The notes beneath the pieces are model-generated. The model was not told the origin of the DNA. It saw only the letters and a program-made list of their open reading frames with translations, and ran no database searches. A stretch of DNA of 64,000 bases from Octopus sinensis (Eukaryota), in NCBI RefSeq assembly GCF_006345805.1, contig NC_043014.1, positions 11,842,001 through 11,906,000 of the forward strand, written 5' to 3'. Shown here in pieces: positions 24,363-37,266 of this stretch; the stretch's first letter is position 1, and the number at the start of each line of letters is the position of its first letter. The position numbers and the translations under genes are program-made.

Positions 24363-27098
24363 TTCCTTTTTCGGCGCTTTTCATTCAGATCTTATTTCGC
24401 TCAATAAAGAAGGATTTTCAAATTTTGATATCGCCAGCTTTTGTTATGCGCATTTTGTTATGTTTCTAAGATCCTTTAGATTTTCTTTTATATATTACAT
24501 ATCACTTTATTTATTTTTGCCATTTCAATTCATTATATTACAGCACACTCTACTATACATCTCCCACTCTCAAGTCCTCATCACCACCACAGCAACAACA
24601 GTGGAGGCGCAATGGCCCAGTGATTAGGGCAGCAGACTCGCGGTCGGAAGATCGCAGTTTCGATTCCCAGACCGGGCGTTGTGTGTGTTTAGTGAGCGAA
24701 AACACCTAAAGCTCCACGAGGCTCCGGCAGGGGGTGGTGGCGACCCCTGTTCTACTCTTTCGCCCCAACTTTCTCTCAATCTTTCTTCCTGTTTCTTGTC
24801 CCCGATTTCCTACACAACCGCTGAGCCTGGATGCGCATTCATCCATCCGTCGATGCTCTCGGTGTCGGGGGTTGACCTGCTTTCAATTCTGCGGGTCTTA
24901 CGAATAGCAAAGGACCACGATTCGGACTTCTCCCACTGCGAGCTCTGGGACGAAGACCGCTTCGTTCAACAGCAACAGCATCGTCAGCAACATCGACACC
25001 CCCTGAACGTTACTGCCCCAAGTTTTAGGACCTGTAGGGCCGGTTACCTGGTTTTCGTAAGCGACCGAGAGCACAACATTCCCACCCCCCAACCCTGTAC
25101 AGAATGCCAACCCATTGTAGGGTTCTAAGTCACTGATTTTGAGGGGAAGGCTGAAGTCGATTCGAGTCGACCCCAGTACCCGACTGGTACTTTAATTTAT
25201 CGACCCGATGCCCGACTGGTACTTTATTTTATCGACGCCAGTACTCGACTGGTACTTTATTTTATCTACCCCAGGACTAGACTGGTACTTTATTTTATTG
25301 ACCCCATTTCATCGACCCCCGAAGAGATGAAATACAAAGTTTACCTCAGTGGGATTAGAACTCAGAACATCAAGAGTTACGGAAGAAATGACGGTAAGCA
25401 TTTTGTCCGACGTGCGAAAGATTCTACCAGTTCGCCGTTTTACGATTAGATGGTCCGTTGGAAAAAATTATTTCCACATTTTTTCGTCAATTAATAAACA
25501 CAGGATACTTTCTCATTTAAACGTGACATTTTCTGAAATGATATTTGGTATTATATTTCGGTAGTCTTTAGTAACAGAGTAAATAGTTAGAGCTAGGGGG
25601 GGACTCGCCTACGAACATAGCTGAATGACATTAACGAGATATGACCTCTTTATCTGCTATCTTTTACTTCTTTCAGACATTAGACTGCGGCCATGCTGGG
25701 GCACCACCTTGAAAAATGTTAGTCGAAAGAATCTATCCCAGCACTTATTTTTTAAGCCTGGTACTTATTCTATCAGTATATTTTTGCCGAACTACTACGA
25801 TACGGGGACGTAAACACACCAACACTGGTTGTCAAGCAGTAGTAGAAACAAACAGACGCAAAGACACATACACACGTCTGGCTTTGGGTAAAAGGAAATA
25901 CAGGGAATCAGTTAATTAGGATTTTATTCAACATATTCCCCTCTCAGATTCACACACTCACTGCAGTGGTCCTTCAGTTTTTCTAAGCCTTGTGAAAGGA
26001 CTCTGGAGGTTGGCCCTCCAACCAAGCCTTTCGCAAAACCCTTAAAGCTAAGAACTTTTCAGCACTTACTTTTATTCAACATATTCCCCTCTCAGATTCA
26101 CACACTCACTGCAGCGGTCCTTCAGTTTTTCTAAGCTCTGTGAAAGAACCCTGGAGGCTGGCCCTCCAGCCAGGCCTTTCGCAAAACCCTTAAAGCTAGG
26201 AACTTTTCAGCACTTACTTATATATGACAAACATCTTTCAGTTTTTCACTTCCAAATCCACTCACTAAGCTTTGGTCGGCTTTGGTCCCACTTGCCTTAG
26301 GTGTCACGCAGTGGGACCGAACCCGGAACCATGTGGTTGGGAAGCAAATTTGTTACCACAAAGCCTCGAATTGGTTACAAAATCTTCCTCAATTTTCAAA
26401 TTTGAATGAGAGCAAGGGGGGTCCGTCATTCTAAATATAGTATTTTCTGCATTGGTGCGTAAAAGCCTATAGAACAGGGACCTCATAGTATAACATCTCT
26501 AATGGTTGTAGTTTGTTCATGTTTTAGGACTTATCTCTATATTTCTAAACATCACATTAGCAAAAGAATTTCATCAGAACTAACGTTAAACATTTACGTT
26601 TTCTGAATCTATTTTCAAATTTTTCATATTTTATGATGAAATATTTGGATTGCAAAATGGAACAGAATGATATGATGATCCTTTGGTTCCAGGTTCAGTC
26701 CCACTCTGTGGCATTTGGGCAAGTTCCTTCTACTATAACCTCGAGCCGGCCAAAGCTTTGTCAGTGGATTTCGCAGACGGAAACTGAAAGAAACCCATCG
26801 TATATATGTCTATATATGTGTGTGTATGTGTGTGTGTGCGTGTGTGTGTGCGTGTATGTGTGTGTGTGTGTCTGTGTGTGCATGTGTGTGTATTCTACCA
26901 CCGCTTGATAACTGGTGTTTGTGTGTTTACATCCCCTTATCGTAGCGGTTCGGCAAAAAGGGACGATAAAATAAGTAGCAAAATTTAAAAAACAAGTCCT
27001 GGGGTCCATTTGTTGGACCAAAAGTTCTTCAAGGCGTTGCCCCAGTATGGCCACAGTCAAAAGACTGAAACAGATAAACGATTAAAGATATATCTGGA

Positions 27099-27360
27099 AT
27101 TTATTTACATTATTTACATTTGGCGGATATTTGTCGTCATCTCGTTTGTTGTTAACACAACATTTCAGGTGTCTTGGGGGAAATTTCGAACCTGGGTTCT
27201 CATTCTTAAGGTATTTTTCGATGTTATTATTATTATTAGTAGTAGTATTAGTATTATTGTTCAGGTCACTGCTTGGAATCGAACTCGGAATCTTGAGGTT
27301 AGTAGCCCGCACTCTTAACCACTACGCCATATGCCCGAATGTAAATAATGTAAATAATGT
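27099..27360. mobile_element. Small inverted-repeat-bounded element containing a tRNA-like head
   Basis: Arms (ATTATTTAC)x2-type at 27099-27120 and 27338-27360. The minus strand at 27265-27335 has an A-box (TGGCGTAGTGG) and a B-box (GTTCGATTCC). Confidence 0.55.
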
Positions 27361-29832
27361 ACATAATTCCAGTCTCTTAAATATAGAACTATAATATCTA
27401 GAATTGTTCATTTTTGGTTGTCCAAGCACACAGAACACGTTTTATTGATGTGTTTATGTATCCAAATTACCCCTTCCTCTTTACATGTTTCAGTCAATGG
27501 ACTGCGACCATGCTGGAGCACCTCATGGAAGGGCTTAGTCCAACAAATTGACCCCAGAATTTTTTTATTTGTTTTTAATCTGCCACTTATTGTATCTCTC
27601 TGTTTTGTTGAATTTCTAAATTATGGAGACGTAAACAAATGCAAACCCGTTGTCACACACACACACACACATACACATACGACTTGCTTCCACACAGTTT
27701 CCTATTTCTTTATTGCCCACAAGGGGCTAAACGTAGAGAGGACAAACAACGACAGACAAACGGATTAAGTGGATTACATCGACTCCAGTGCGTAACTGGT
27801 ACTTAATTAATCGACCCCGAAAGGATGAAAGGCAAAGTCGACCTCGGCGGAATTTGAACTCAGAACGTAATGGCAGACGAAATACGGCTACGCATTTCGC
27901 CCGGCGTGCTAACGTTTCTGCCAGCTCTTTTCCGTCAACCGAATTCATTCACAAGGCATTGGTCGGCCTAGGGTTATAATGCAACACACTCTCCCAAAAC
28001 GCCACGCAGTGGGTGGGAGTGAACCCCTAACCACGTGGTCGTCTTGTAAAACGAGCTTCTAAACCACGCACCCATGCCTGCACCTATTGTTTAAGAACTT
28101 GTGGGTTCGTTAGTTTATTTTAACCATCATCGCTTAGACCACGCTGGAGCATATCAAATGAACACGCCACATCATTTCGTAAGAACACATCACCTACACT
28201 CCCGCCTACAATTAGCCACCACCTACGCCTAATCACTATGCATTCATCAGTTTACATATTTGTGTATTCATTCGTTGCAGGAAGTCCTTTTAAGCCCCTA
28301 TTTTATTCATTTACTGTTCATGACGTTATAGCTTTTGAGACAACTTGATTCACTTTTTCTGATTCATCATTAGTCACTTACAATGTTTTATATATCATGT
28401 ATCTAACCGACATTTTTATTTTGCAGTAGTAAACCAGACCTAGTTTCATCATCGAGAAAGCAGTCTTTATTGTGTGCAAAGGTAAATCTCATTCCTTTAT
28501 TTACTTGCCAACACAAATGGTTTCGTCTGTCTAAATCTTCTTTTCATGTTTTAATCTCATTTATATTTTTAGATTCTCCCAAGAACTACTAACTTTTGTT
28601 ACATTTACCAGACTCCAATTACAATCTTATACGATTACGTGACTTATAACTCACCCGTCCCTTCATTAACGTGTACCATATTGAATTGCGAAAGTGTGTG
28701 GCCAAATGGCAAGGATGTGGATCTTAAGATCGTAGTTTCGATTCGCGAACCGAGAAGTGCATTGTATTCTTCAGCAAAACACTTCATTTTATTTTGCTCG
28801 TGTCCACTCAGCTGTAAATGAGTAATCCTGCGAAGGAGTAGTTTTCTATTTAAGAGTAAAGTTGTAATCTTGGTCGCCTGTAATGCCATAGAAAGCGGAC
28901 AACTGGATCTATGAGTCCAAGGAGTCGAGCAAGAGGAGTTAAGTCAGCGAGCTGGCAGAATCGTTAGCACGCCGGGCGAAATGCGTAGCCGTATTTCGTC
29001 TGCCGTTACGTTCTGGGTTCAAATTCCGCTGAGGTCGACTCTGCCTTTCATCCTTTCGGGGTCGATTAAATAAGTACCAGTTACGCACTGGAGTCGATAT
29101 AATCGACTTATTCCGTTTATCTGTCCTTGTTTGTCCCCTCTGTGTGTAGCCCCGTGTGGGCAGTAAAGAAATAAGAACAGTTGGCACGCCGAGCAAAATG
29201 CTTAGCAACGTTTCGTCCGTTCTGAGTTCAAATTCTGCCGAGGTCGACTTTGCCTTTCATCCTTTCGGAATCAATAGAATAAGTACCAGTTTAGTACTGG
29301 GGTCGATCTTATCGACTATCCCCCTCACCCAGATTCCAGGCCTTGTGCCTATAATAGAAAGGATTATTATTAGTATTATTATGGCAGCGATCTCGCAGAG
29401 TTGTTAGCACGCCGGGAAAATGCTTGGCGGTTTTTCGTCCATCTTTACGTTCTGAGTTCAAATTCTGCCAAGGTCGACCTTGCTCTTCATCCTTTCGGTT
29501 TCGATAAAATAAGTACCAGTCGAGTACTGGGGTCGATTTAATCGACTATCCCTTCTCCCAAATTTCAGACTCCTGTGCCTGTAGTAGAAAGAGAAAGTTC
29601 ATTAACGTTTCCGACATCAGTGCTTCTTCAAATGAAAACGAGAAGCATATAAGAAATGAGAAAGAGAAGTAATGAGGAGAAAAGAGGCGAAGGAACCAGA
29701 GGGAAATGCTATTCTATGAGGTAGTAAAGAAAGAAGGAAGAAACCGCTGTGTAGATGCAAGTATAAGAGTGAGTCTGCGCTTGGAAGTTGTATAAGAAGA
29801 GAATATTGTGATTATCGTGAGCACGTGTGTAT

Positions 29833-30100
29833 ATCTCTTATATAAAATCCGTTTGTCTGTTTGTCTGTGTGTGTGTGTCTTCTAGGATCTCGGGCATCCT
29901 CCATCCGATTGTGCTCACATTTGATATGTAAATAGCGACGGTATCAGGGCGTGTATAAGTCTTGAAAAAAATTATAAAAATCGATTCCAGGTGAGAATGC
30001 GATCGATAAAGCCGTGGGAACGTGCATTTATACGCGCAAGTATATAGTTCCCTAGGTTGTTGCTTTTCATTAAAAATCGCCCCAAGTTGATTTCCTATAT
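29833..30100 (+). mobile_element. Probable Helitron 5' end, third variant (3' end not found)
   Basis: TCTCTTATATAAAATCCGTTTGTCTGTTTGTCTGT start, same pattern as the two complete copies. Confidence 0.4.
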
Positions 30101-31354
30101 GTTTTATCGGATAAACTTATTGTCCCATCTACGTTCTCATAAATTCATCATGCTTTTCCATCTAGATTTACCTCCAGCTAACCCATTTGCGTGCATCGTT
30201 TTTGTCCTGCTTTTCTTACGTCAACCTGTACATAACTGCACCTTCCATTTTTTGTTGTTTTTGTACTGCTTAAAGGCACGTTTCTTTCCTGCCAAGCTTA
30301 CTATTTAAACCATGTTTGTGTTCTCCCAGTCAACAGCCTTATCATTACTGGTACTTTAAGCTCTTCGGTTGCATATTTGTGTGTATAAAATCGTTTTTCT
30401 TTAGAATAGAAAAAAAGTCTATCTTTATTTCTTCTTTTGCTGGTGTCTCAAATTTAGGTTAAATCAGTGATTCTCAAAGAGGCGGCCTATGGGACGGTCG
30501 TACAAGTTGTTTTGAGAAAATTTCGTTTAAATGTTTGACATGAGTTTGACATTGGACGGGATGCGTTTTGCTCGTGTATATAAATAGCGACATGGAAGTG
30601 TAATGGCGGTAGTTAGTGGGTGTATGGCTATTAGAGTTTGTTAGATGGGCGGTGTGAAAGCATGTCTGTGAGGAAGTGAGAGCTAGTTGCGAGTGTGAGC
30701 TAACGATATTGATAAGACACGTGTGTGTGTGTGTTTCGAAATTGCATACTGGTGAAAGATATAAAGATCGGAAACAAACCTACAATCATTCAAGTCGCTA
30801 GAAATTCAGTGAACTGGCGGAGTCTGTCCTGCTGAAAGCCTGCATCCAACGATGCCATTATCAGTTTAAGTCATTGAACTGTGGCCATGTTTGAGCGCCC
30901 TCTTGAAGGATTTAATCCAACAAATCAATAACAATATTTTTTTTAATTAAAATATGATACTTACTTTTTCGGGCTCTTTTACCGAATCGCTAAAATTACG
31001 GGAACGAAAACAGACCAACACCGGTTGTCGTGTGGTGGGGAGCAACTACAAACATGCGCGCACATATATTTATACACGACTATCTTCCACGTAGTTTACG
31101 TCTACCAAATTCACTCACAAGGTGTTGGTTGGTCCGGGGCCATAATAGAAAACACTTGCCCGAGGTACCCCGCAATGGGACTGAACCCGAAACCACGTCG
31201 TTACAAAGCAAGCTTCTTAACCACACAGTTTAACCTGCACAGTTTATCGCAAATTACCAATAACAACTAAAAACATTGGTCTGTATCATACATACATCAA
31301 AGAAGAAATAATTTTATAGTTTTCTGGTCTAACCTAAATTAGACAACTAAAAAT

Positions 31355-32275
31355 GACGGCGAGCTGTCAGAAACGTTAGCACGCCGGGCGAAATGCTTAG
31401 CAGTATTTCGTCTGCCGTTACGTTCTGATTTCAAATTCCGCCGAGGTCGATTTTGCCTTTCATCTTTTCGGGGTCGATAAATTAAGGACCAGTTACGCAC
31501 TGGGGTCGATATATTCGACTTAATCCGTCTGTCTGTCCTTGTTTGTCTCCTCTGTTTTTAGCTCCTTGTGGGTAGTAAAGAAATAGGTATTTCGTCAGTC
31601 TTTATGTTTCGAGTTCAAATTCCGCCGAGGTCGATTTTGCCTTTTATCCTTTCGGGTTCGATAAATTAAGAACCAGTTGCGTAATCGGGTCGATGTAATC
31701 GACTGGCCCCCTCCCACAAAATTTCGGGCCTTATGCCTAGAGTTGAAAAGAATATTGAGCAATGTAGTAAGGCGGCAAGCTGGCAGAATCGTTAGCACGC
31801 CGGGCGAAATGCTTACCGGTATTTCGTCTGTATTTACGTTCTGAGTTCAAATTCCGCCGAGGTCGACTTTGCCTTTCATCCTTTCGGGGTCGATAAATTA
31901 AGGACCAGTTACGCACTGGGGTCGATATAATCGACTTAATCCGTCTGTCTGTCCTTGTTTGTCCTCTCTGTGTTTCGCCCCTTGTGGGTAGTAAAGAAAT
32001 AGAAATATGTATTTCGTCTGTCTTTACGTTCTGAGTTCAAATTCCGCCGAGGTCGACTTTGCCTTTCGTCCTGCCGGAGTCGATAAATTAAGAACCAGTT
32101 GCGTACTCGGCCCCAAAATTTCAGGCCTTGTGCCTAGAGTAGAAAAGAATATTGAGCAATGGAGTAAGGCGGTGAGTTGGCAGAAACGTTAACACGCCGG
32201 GCGAAAACTTCAGCGGTGTTTCGTCTCTGTTTACGTTCTGAGTTCAAATTCCGCCGAGGTCGACTTTGTCTTTCA
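31355..32275 (+). mobile_element. Cluster of family-M SINE dimers
   Basis: Two dimers of the same structure plus a partial third head. Confidence 0.85.
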
Positions 32276-32519
32276 CATATTTCATCAGATGTCTCTTTAT
32301 AGAGCTTGAATCAAATACTTTTAGTGGATATGAGAGACTGAAAAAGTATTGCAAAAACAAACAAATATCAATTCTACATTTTGGTAGATAATTAACATCA
32401 TTAAGAGCATGCCCATGATATTTAAGCGTACAGTCAAAGGCTAACGGCTGGCGTGAAACAGTGGCGCCCAACGCGGATCTATGGGAAAGGGTAAGGTAAT
32501 AGATAGAGTGTAAAAATTG

Positions 32520-32940
32520 CTATGCTTGGTCCCTATTTGCTTCTCATAATGTTGTCAGACATACACAAATGTGTCCAATTGACCCCACTCAGTAGCCATG
32601 CAGACTACACTAAACTGATACTAGAGGTAAAGATAAATAATGATATGCGTTCAGTGAGATCCTGACCACATGCATCTGGCTGATAGATAATAACACCACA
32701 AAAGTTTTCTATCCTCCATTATGCAAGGTAGATAGATCGCCAATGAAATGTCTACCTTATCCCAAAATAAGGAAACAATTCAAAACTCTGATCATGTTCA
32801 TAACCTGGTAATAGCTCTATTTAAAGATGAATGTTTTCCAAGACATATTTACAAGTTGTTCACAGCCTGTCCAAATCACAGAGGCTTACTCCAAAGAATT
32901 ATGAAGAGCGATCAAAGTTTCCCTCGGGCTGATTCATGAA
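32520..32940 (+). pseudogene. Decayed LINE reverse transcriptase fragment (CR1/L2/Jockey group)
   Basis: LGPYLLLIMLSDI...SSHADYTKL (degenerate LGP.LF...SSFADDT), then VHNLVIAL...RHI...RGLLQR; internal stops. Confidence 0.6.
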
Positions 32941-34149
32941 CGCTGGATTTTTTAGGAAACGCACCTAAATTATCTCAAACCTTACCCGATCATCTTTAAC
33001 AGAAAAGGGCTGAATTCAAATATGTGAAAGGCGAAGTCGACTTCGGCGGAATTTTAATTCAGAACGTAAAGACAGACGAAATACCTATTTCTTTATTATC
33101 CGCAAGGGGCTAAACACAGAGGGGGGCAAACAAGGACAGACATAGGTATTAAGTCGATTACATCGACCCCGGTGCGTAACTGGTACTTAATTTATCGACC
33201 CCGAAAGGATGAAAGGCAAAGTCGACCTCGGCGGAATTTGAACTTAGAATGTATTGGCAGACGAAATACCGCTGAGCATTTCGCTCGGCGTGCTAACGTT
33301 TCTCATTTCTTTACTGCCCACAAGGGGCTACACACAGAGGGGACAAACAAGGACAGACAAACGGATTAAGTCCAATGTAACTCGCAAAAGACTGAATGTC
33401 TTTGATCATAGGTCCGTTTTTGTAGATCTGACGCGGACTTAACTCTTTTGCTACCATATTTTTTTTAAGATACCACTGACTTTGTGCCAATTAATTTGGA
33501 AAATAACGAAGAATTTAATAGGATAACTTTTTCATTGCTGAGCTGAAGTTTGGAACATTTAAATTTTTGCTGTTTGGAATATTTAAATTTTTGATCACTT
33601 TAGAGCAAGACTTTTGTTTCATAGAACAGATCGGGATCAAAGGAGGATTGAAATATCGACCCATATAGAACAACGCATAGCCATCACACAGTAACACAAT
33701 ACGCAACACACAACGCAGTCAAACAACACTACAACGCAACAGAGTTATTCTACAGCACAACACGGTTGTACAACAGGTCAAAATCATACAACACGGCAAA
33801 AGGATATCTCATTAATGCATCGTCATGCCAGAGCAAACCACTGCCGTGTTTCGGCGCAGTCACAAAATGTCATAGAACATAACGCTTTACGTAACAATAC
33901 TTATGAATGCGCGTATGAATAAATATGCAAATTCGCACACGTGAGTGTGTTAACATCGCTGGTAGAAAAAACCTGAAACTTTTGAATTATTCCTAGGTCA
34001 TATTCAGGAAAAATGACTCTTGGGAATTTGAACTAGACAGAGCACTACCTACCGACCCACACACCCACCTACCTACTTACCTACCTACCTAACTACCTAT
34101 GCACATGTGTATGCCTGTATGTATGTATGTATGTATGTATGTATGTATG

Positions 34150-34216
<67 letters not shown>

Positions 34217-34463
34217 GTATGTACGTACACACACACACACACATACACACACACACACACATACAAACACATACACACACAGATACACAGACACACACAC
34301 ACACATATATATAAATCCCAAAAATGGAACAAGAATGCAACAGACGACAATAAAATATCTGGACAGAGACGATGCGAATACAGACATATATATATATGTG
34401 TGTATATGTATATATATATTATAAGTGTGTATGTATGTATATGTATATATATGTATATGTATA

Positions 34464-34847
34464 TCTCTCTCTATATAAACGGCAGTTTGTCTGTGCGTGT
34501 TTCTGTGTGTCTGTTTGCTTGTACCCTCACCCTGACCACGGCTGTCAACCGATTCTGATGAAACTTGACACACACATAGCCCAATGTCATAATTCAAAAC
34601 TAACGCAGCGAAAATTTTGAAAAGTTCCCCCAGTTCTGAAAAAAATCGATAAATTCGACATGGGGTCGAGAATCAGAAACACGAACCACAAACTGTCTAG
34701 GGGACGCAACTCCACCTTTTTTAAATCTCAAAAAAAAATTTACCATAATTTTTTTCCATTTTTTGCTATTTTTTGGCTATAACTCTCTAAAAATTCTTTA
34801 TAGTTATTTCCCTTACAAACCTGAGCAACGCCGGGCGATACTGCTAG
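34464..34847 (+). mobile_element. Non-autonomous Helitron
   Basis: 5' TCTCTCTCTATATAAACGG...TGTCTGT; 3' GAGCAACGCCGGGCG hairpin then CTAG; inserted between A and T. Confidence 0.8.
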
Positions 34848-34877
34848 TATATATATATATATATATATGAATATATG

Positions 34878-34931
<54 letters not shown>

Positions 34932-35127
34932 GCATGTATGTTTATACACATATTCGCTAGTGTTTATAAGCATAAAGAAGCAAGAATATAAATCAGTATA
35001 ACCTATTTCGACCTCCAAGTCCTTACCTAAGGTTTCATATAGTTGACTTCGTAATAGCGGGATGTGTAATCTACTTTTGCGTGGAAACGATACCTGAATG
35101 CGTCAGCTGTGCAATAAAACTTTCTAG

Positions 35128-35170
<43 letters not shown>

Positions 35171-35735
35171 CACATACACACACACTCACATATACTCACA
35201 TGTAATCCCACCTCTCACGTGCATAGGAAACAAATCGACTGAATATGGAAATTGTATGAATAATTGTGACTGTATAAGTAGTAGTAGTAGTAGTGAAGGT
35301 GGTGGTGGTGGTGGTGGTGTAACTGCTTCTGTGCGAAACGTAATTAGCTGCGAGCCATCAATCCTCATTTATTTTCTCTGGCACTTCCTCTCATTCCCCT
35401 ACGTCATTCACCTGCCTTCTAAATATCCTTCTTAAACGTTGAGAGACTGCGTCACGTTTTTTTTTTTTTTTACTCATTTCATTCTCAGGTGGTGGATGTC
35501 TCATTTTGTAACCCCTCACCCCTCCACACACGCACACACTTTCTATTCATCTTACAAAAATTTGGTTATCATTTTACGATATACCCTAATGGTGAGAGTT
35601 TTCTTTCTATCATGCATTTTTCTCCCTTCCTTTCCTTCTTTCTTCCCTTTCTTTCGTTGTATCATCTATAAAACAATCCCTCATTTAAGGTTCATACAAA
35701 GGCGTTCCATCCGTGAACATCCCGTGTTTTTTTAT

Positions 35736-36199
35736 AGGATTTTTACCTTTTGACCGACAGATTAAAAAAATTATTCTTTGTAACTAAACATTTTCAAACT
35801 TCGGACACTGGTGGAATGTGTCATATAAAACATCTTTTACTCTTAGCACTTTTGAGAAAAACTTATATTTACGACGTTATTTCGTGTTAAAGTTGTCGTA
35901 TTTCGGTAATTTCAACCAATGAATTACGTGTATTCAGCTGAATAAAATTACTGCCGTTGTTTGTCAACAACTATCGACGGTGTATTTTTCGTTTCTCACT
36001 GTTATTCATGACATCGTTCGTGCGTTTGTACTGGTTTTAAGGTTTTAGGGTTAGGGTTAAGGTTAGGGCTTTAGGGTTAGGGTTGGGATTTTAGGGTTAA
36101 GGTTGTTATATATGACACATTCCACCAGTGTCCGAAGTTTGAAAGTATTTAGTTACAAAAAATTATTTTTTAAATCTGTAAGTCAAAAGGTAAAATCCT
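35736..36199. mobile_element. MITE with TIRs of about 95 bp and internal TTAGGG-like repeats
   Basis: AGGATTTTTACCTTTTGAC...GGAATGTGTCATATA versus TATATGACACATTCC...GTCAAAAGGTAAAATCCT; degenerate (TTAGGG)n at 36046-36103. Confidence 0.75.
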
Positions 36200-37097
36200 T
36201 TTTATATATTAAAGTGTAGCTCGTTCTTCGTTATCCAACGACTTTTTTTTTTTAGGACGATAGGATGTGATTTGAGGGTGGTATTGATGCTGTTTCCCAC
36301 TATTTCGAGTGACCGCATAGACGTTGCTTCATTAGCTCATTGGCTGAGTCAAAATAGATGAGAAGTCACTGCAGTATCCAGTTTTGTCACACTTGGATCA
36401 TGGTTCAGATCACAGTGGAATATATTTCGTTTTTCATTCTTTCGTATAGCTGGGTCGATTAAACGGAAATACCAGTGATACACTGGGCGTCTGCTAAATA
36501 CTTGTCATATACTGGGGTTTAGTCGGTTACTTTAATTTTCCGCCCTTCGATTTTCGTACTTCATAAAAAGAAATATTACTGGTACATCATCGATTTTCTG
36601 GAACCGTTAGTTCCAAAGCCTTCCCGAATTACTGATTTTTTGCGAAATACGGGTGGTCACCTTGGTCAACACATTCTACATTAAACAAATACTGTCAGGT
36701 CATCCCATAAGTTCTGTTCGATTTTACCTTTTTTTTTAAATCGAATGAAATTTAATAGTATTTTAGAATGTCTAATGGCATTAAAAATTATTTTTATGCA
36801 TTTGTGTACATTTAACCTAATTAAATATTATTTTACAGAATAATAGAATTAAAATTTCTTTGATTAAAACCCTTTCTAACATTGAAGTATCCAAAGAGCA
36901 TTTGAGGCACATAATACTTTATGAGTACAAATCCACTAACAAGGCTTTGGTCGACGCGAGGCTCCATAGCAGAAGAACTTTTACCCAAAGAGCCACACAG
37001 TAGGACCGAAGCCGGGACCGTGAGTTTGGGAAGTAAACTAAACTTCTTTACCACACAGCCACACCTAAAAAAACATTTGTTACTTTTATCTTTACAG

Positions 37098-37266
37098 GGA
37101 ACAATGACTTTGGAAGAACCAATTCCATTACCTAACGATTTCAGATTCAATCCAAACCCAAACAAATGGCAACCTACGAAGAAATTAATCAGTCGGACAG
37201 GTTATTTCTTATGCATCAACGAAGATGGACTCGTATACAGCAGCATCGAACACGTGGATTGCAACG
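37098..37266 (+). CDS. FGF: FGF coding exon 1 (ATG at 37104)
   Basis: Acceptor tttgttacttttatctttacAG ends at 37097; donor G|GTAGGT at 37267 (phase 1). Encodes ...KKLISRTGYFLCINEDGLV... The acceptor implies at least one further upstream exon. Confidence 0.9.

Noticed and set aside
32462-32473. TGGCGCCCAACG after CA, resembling a tRNA-Lys primer-binding site of an LTR element
   Set aside because: Only a 12-nt match, no identifiable LTR or gag, and the downstream coding relic is a non-LTR RT.
36046-36103. Chromosome end or true telomere
   Set aside because: Short, degenerate and internal to a TIR-bounded element.
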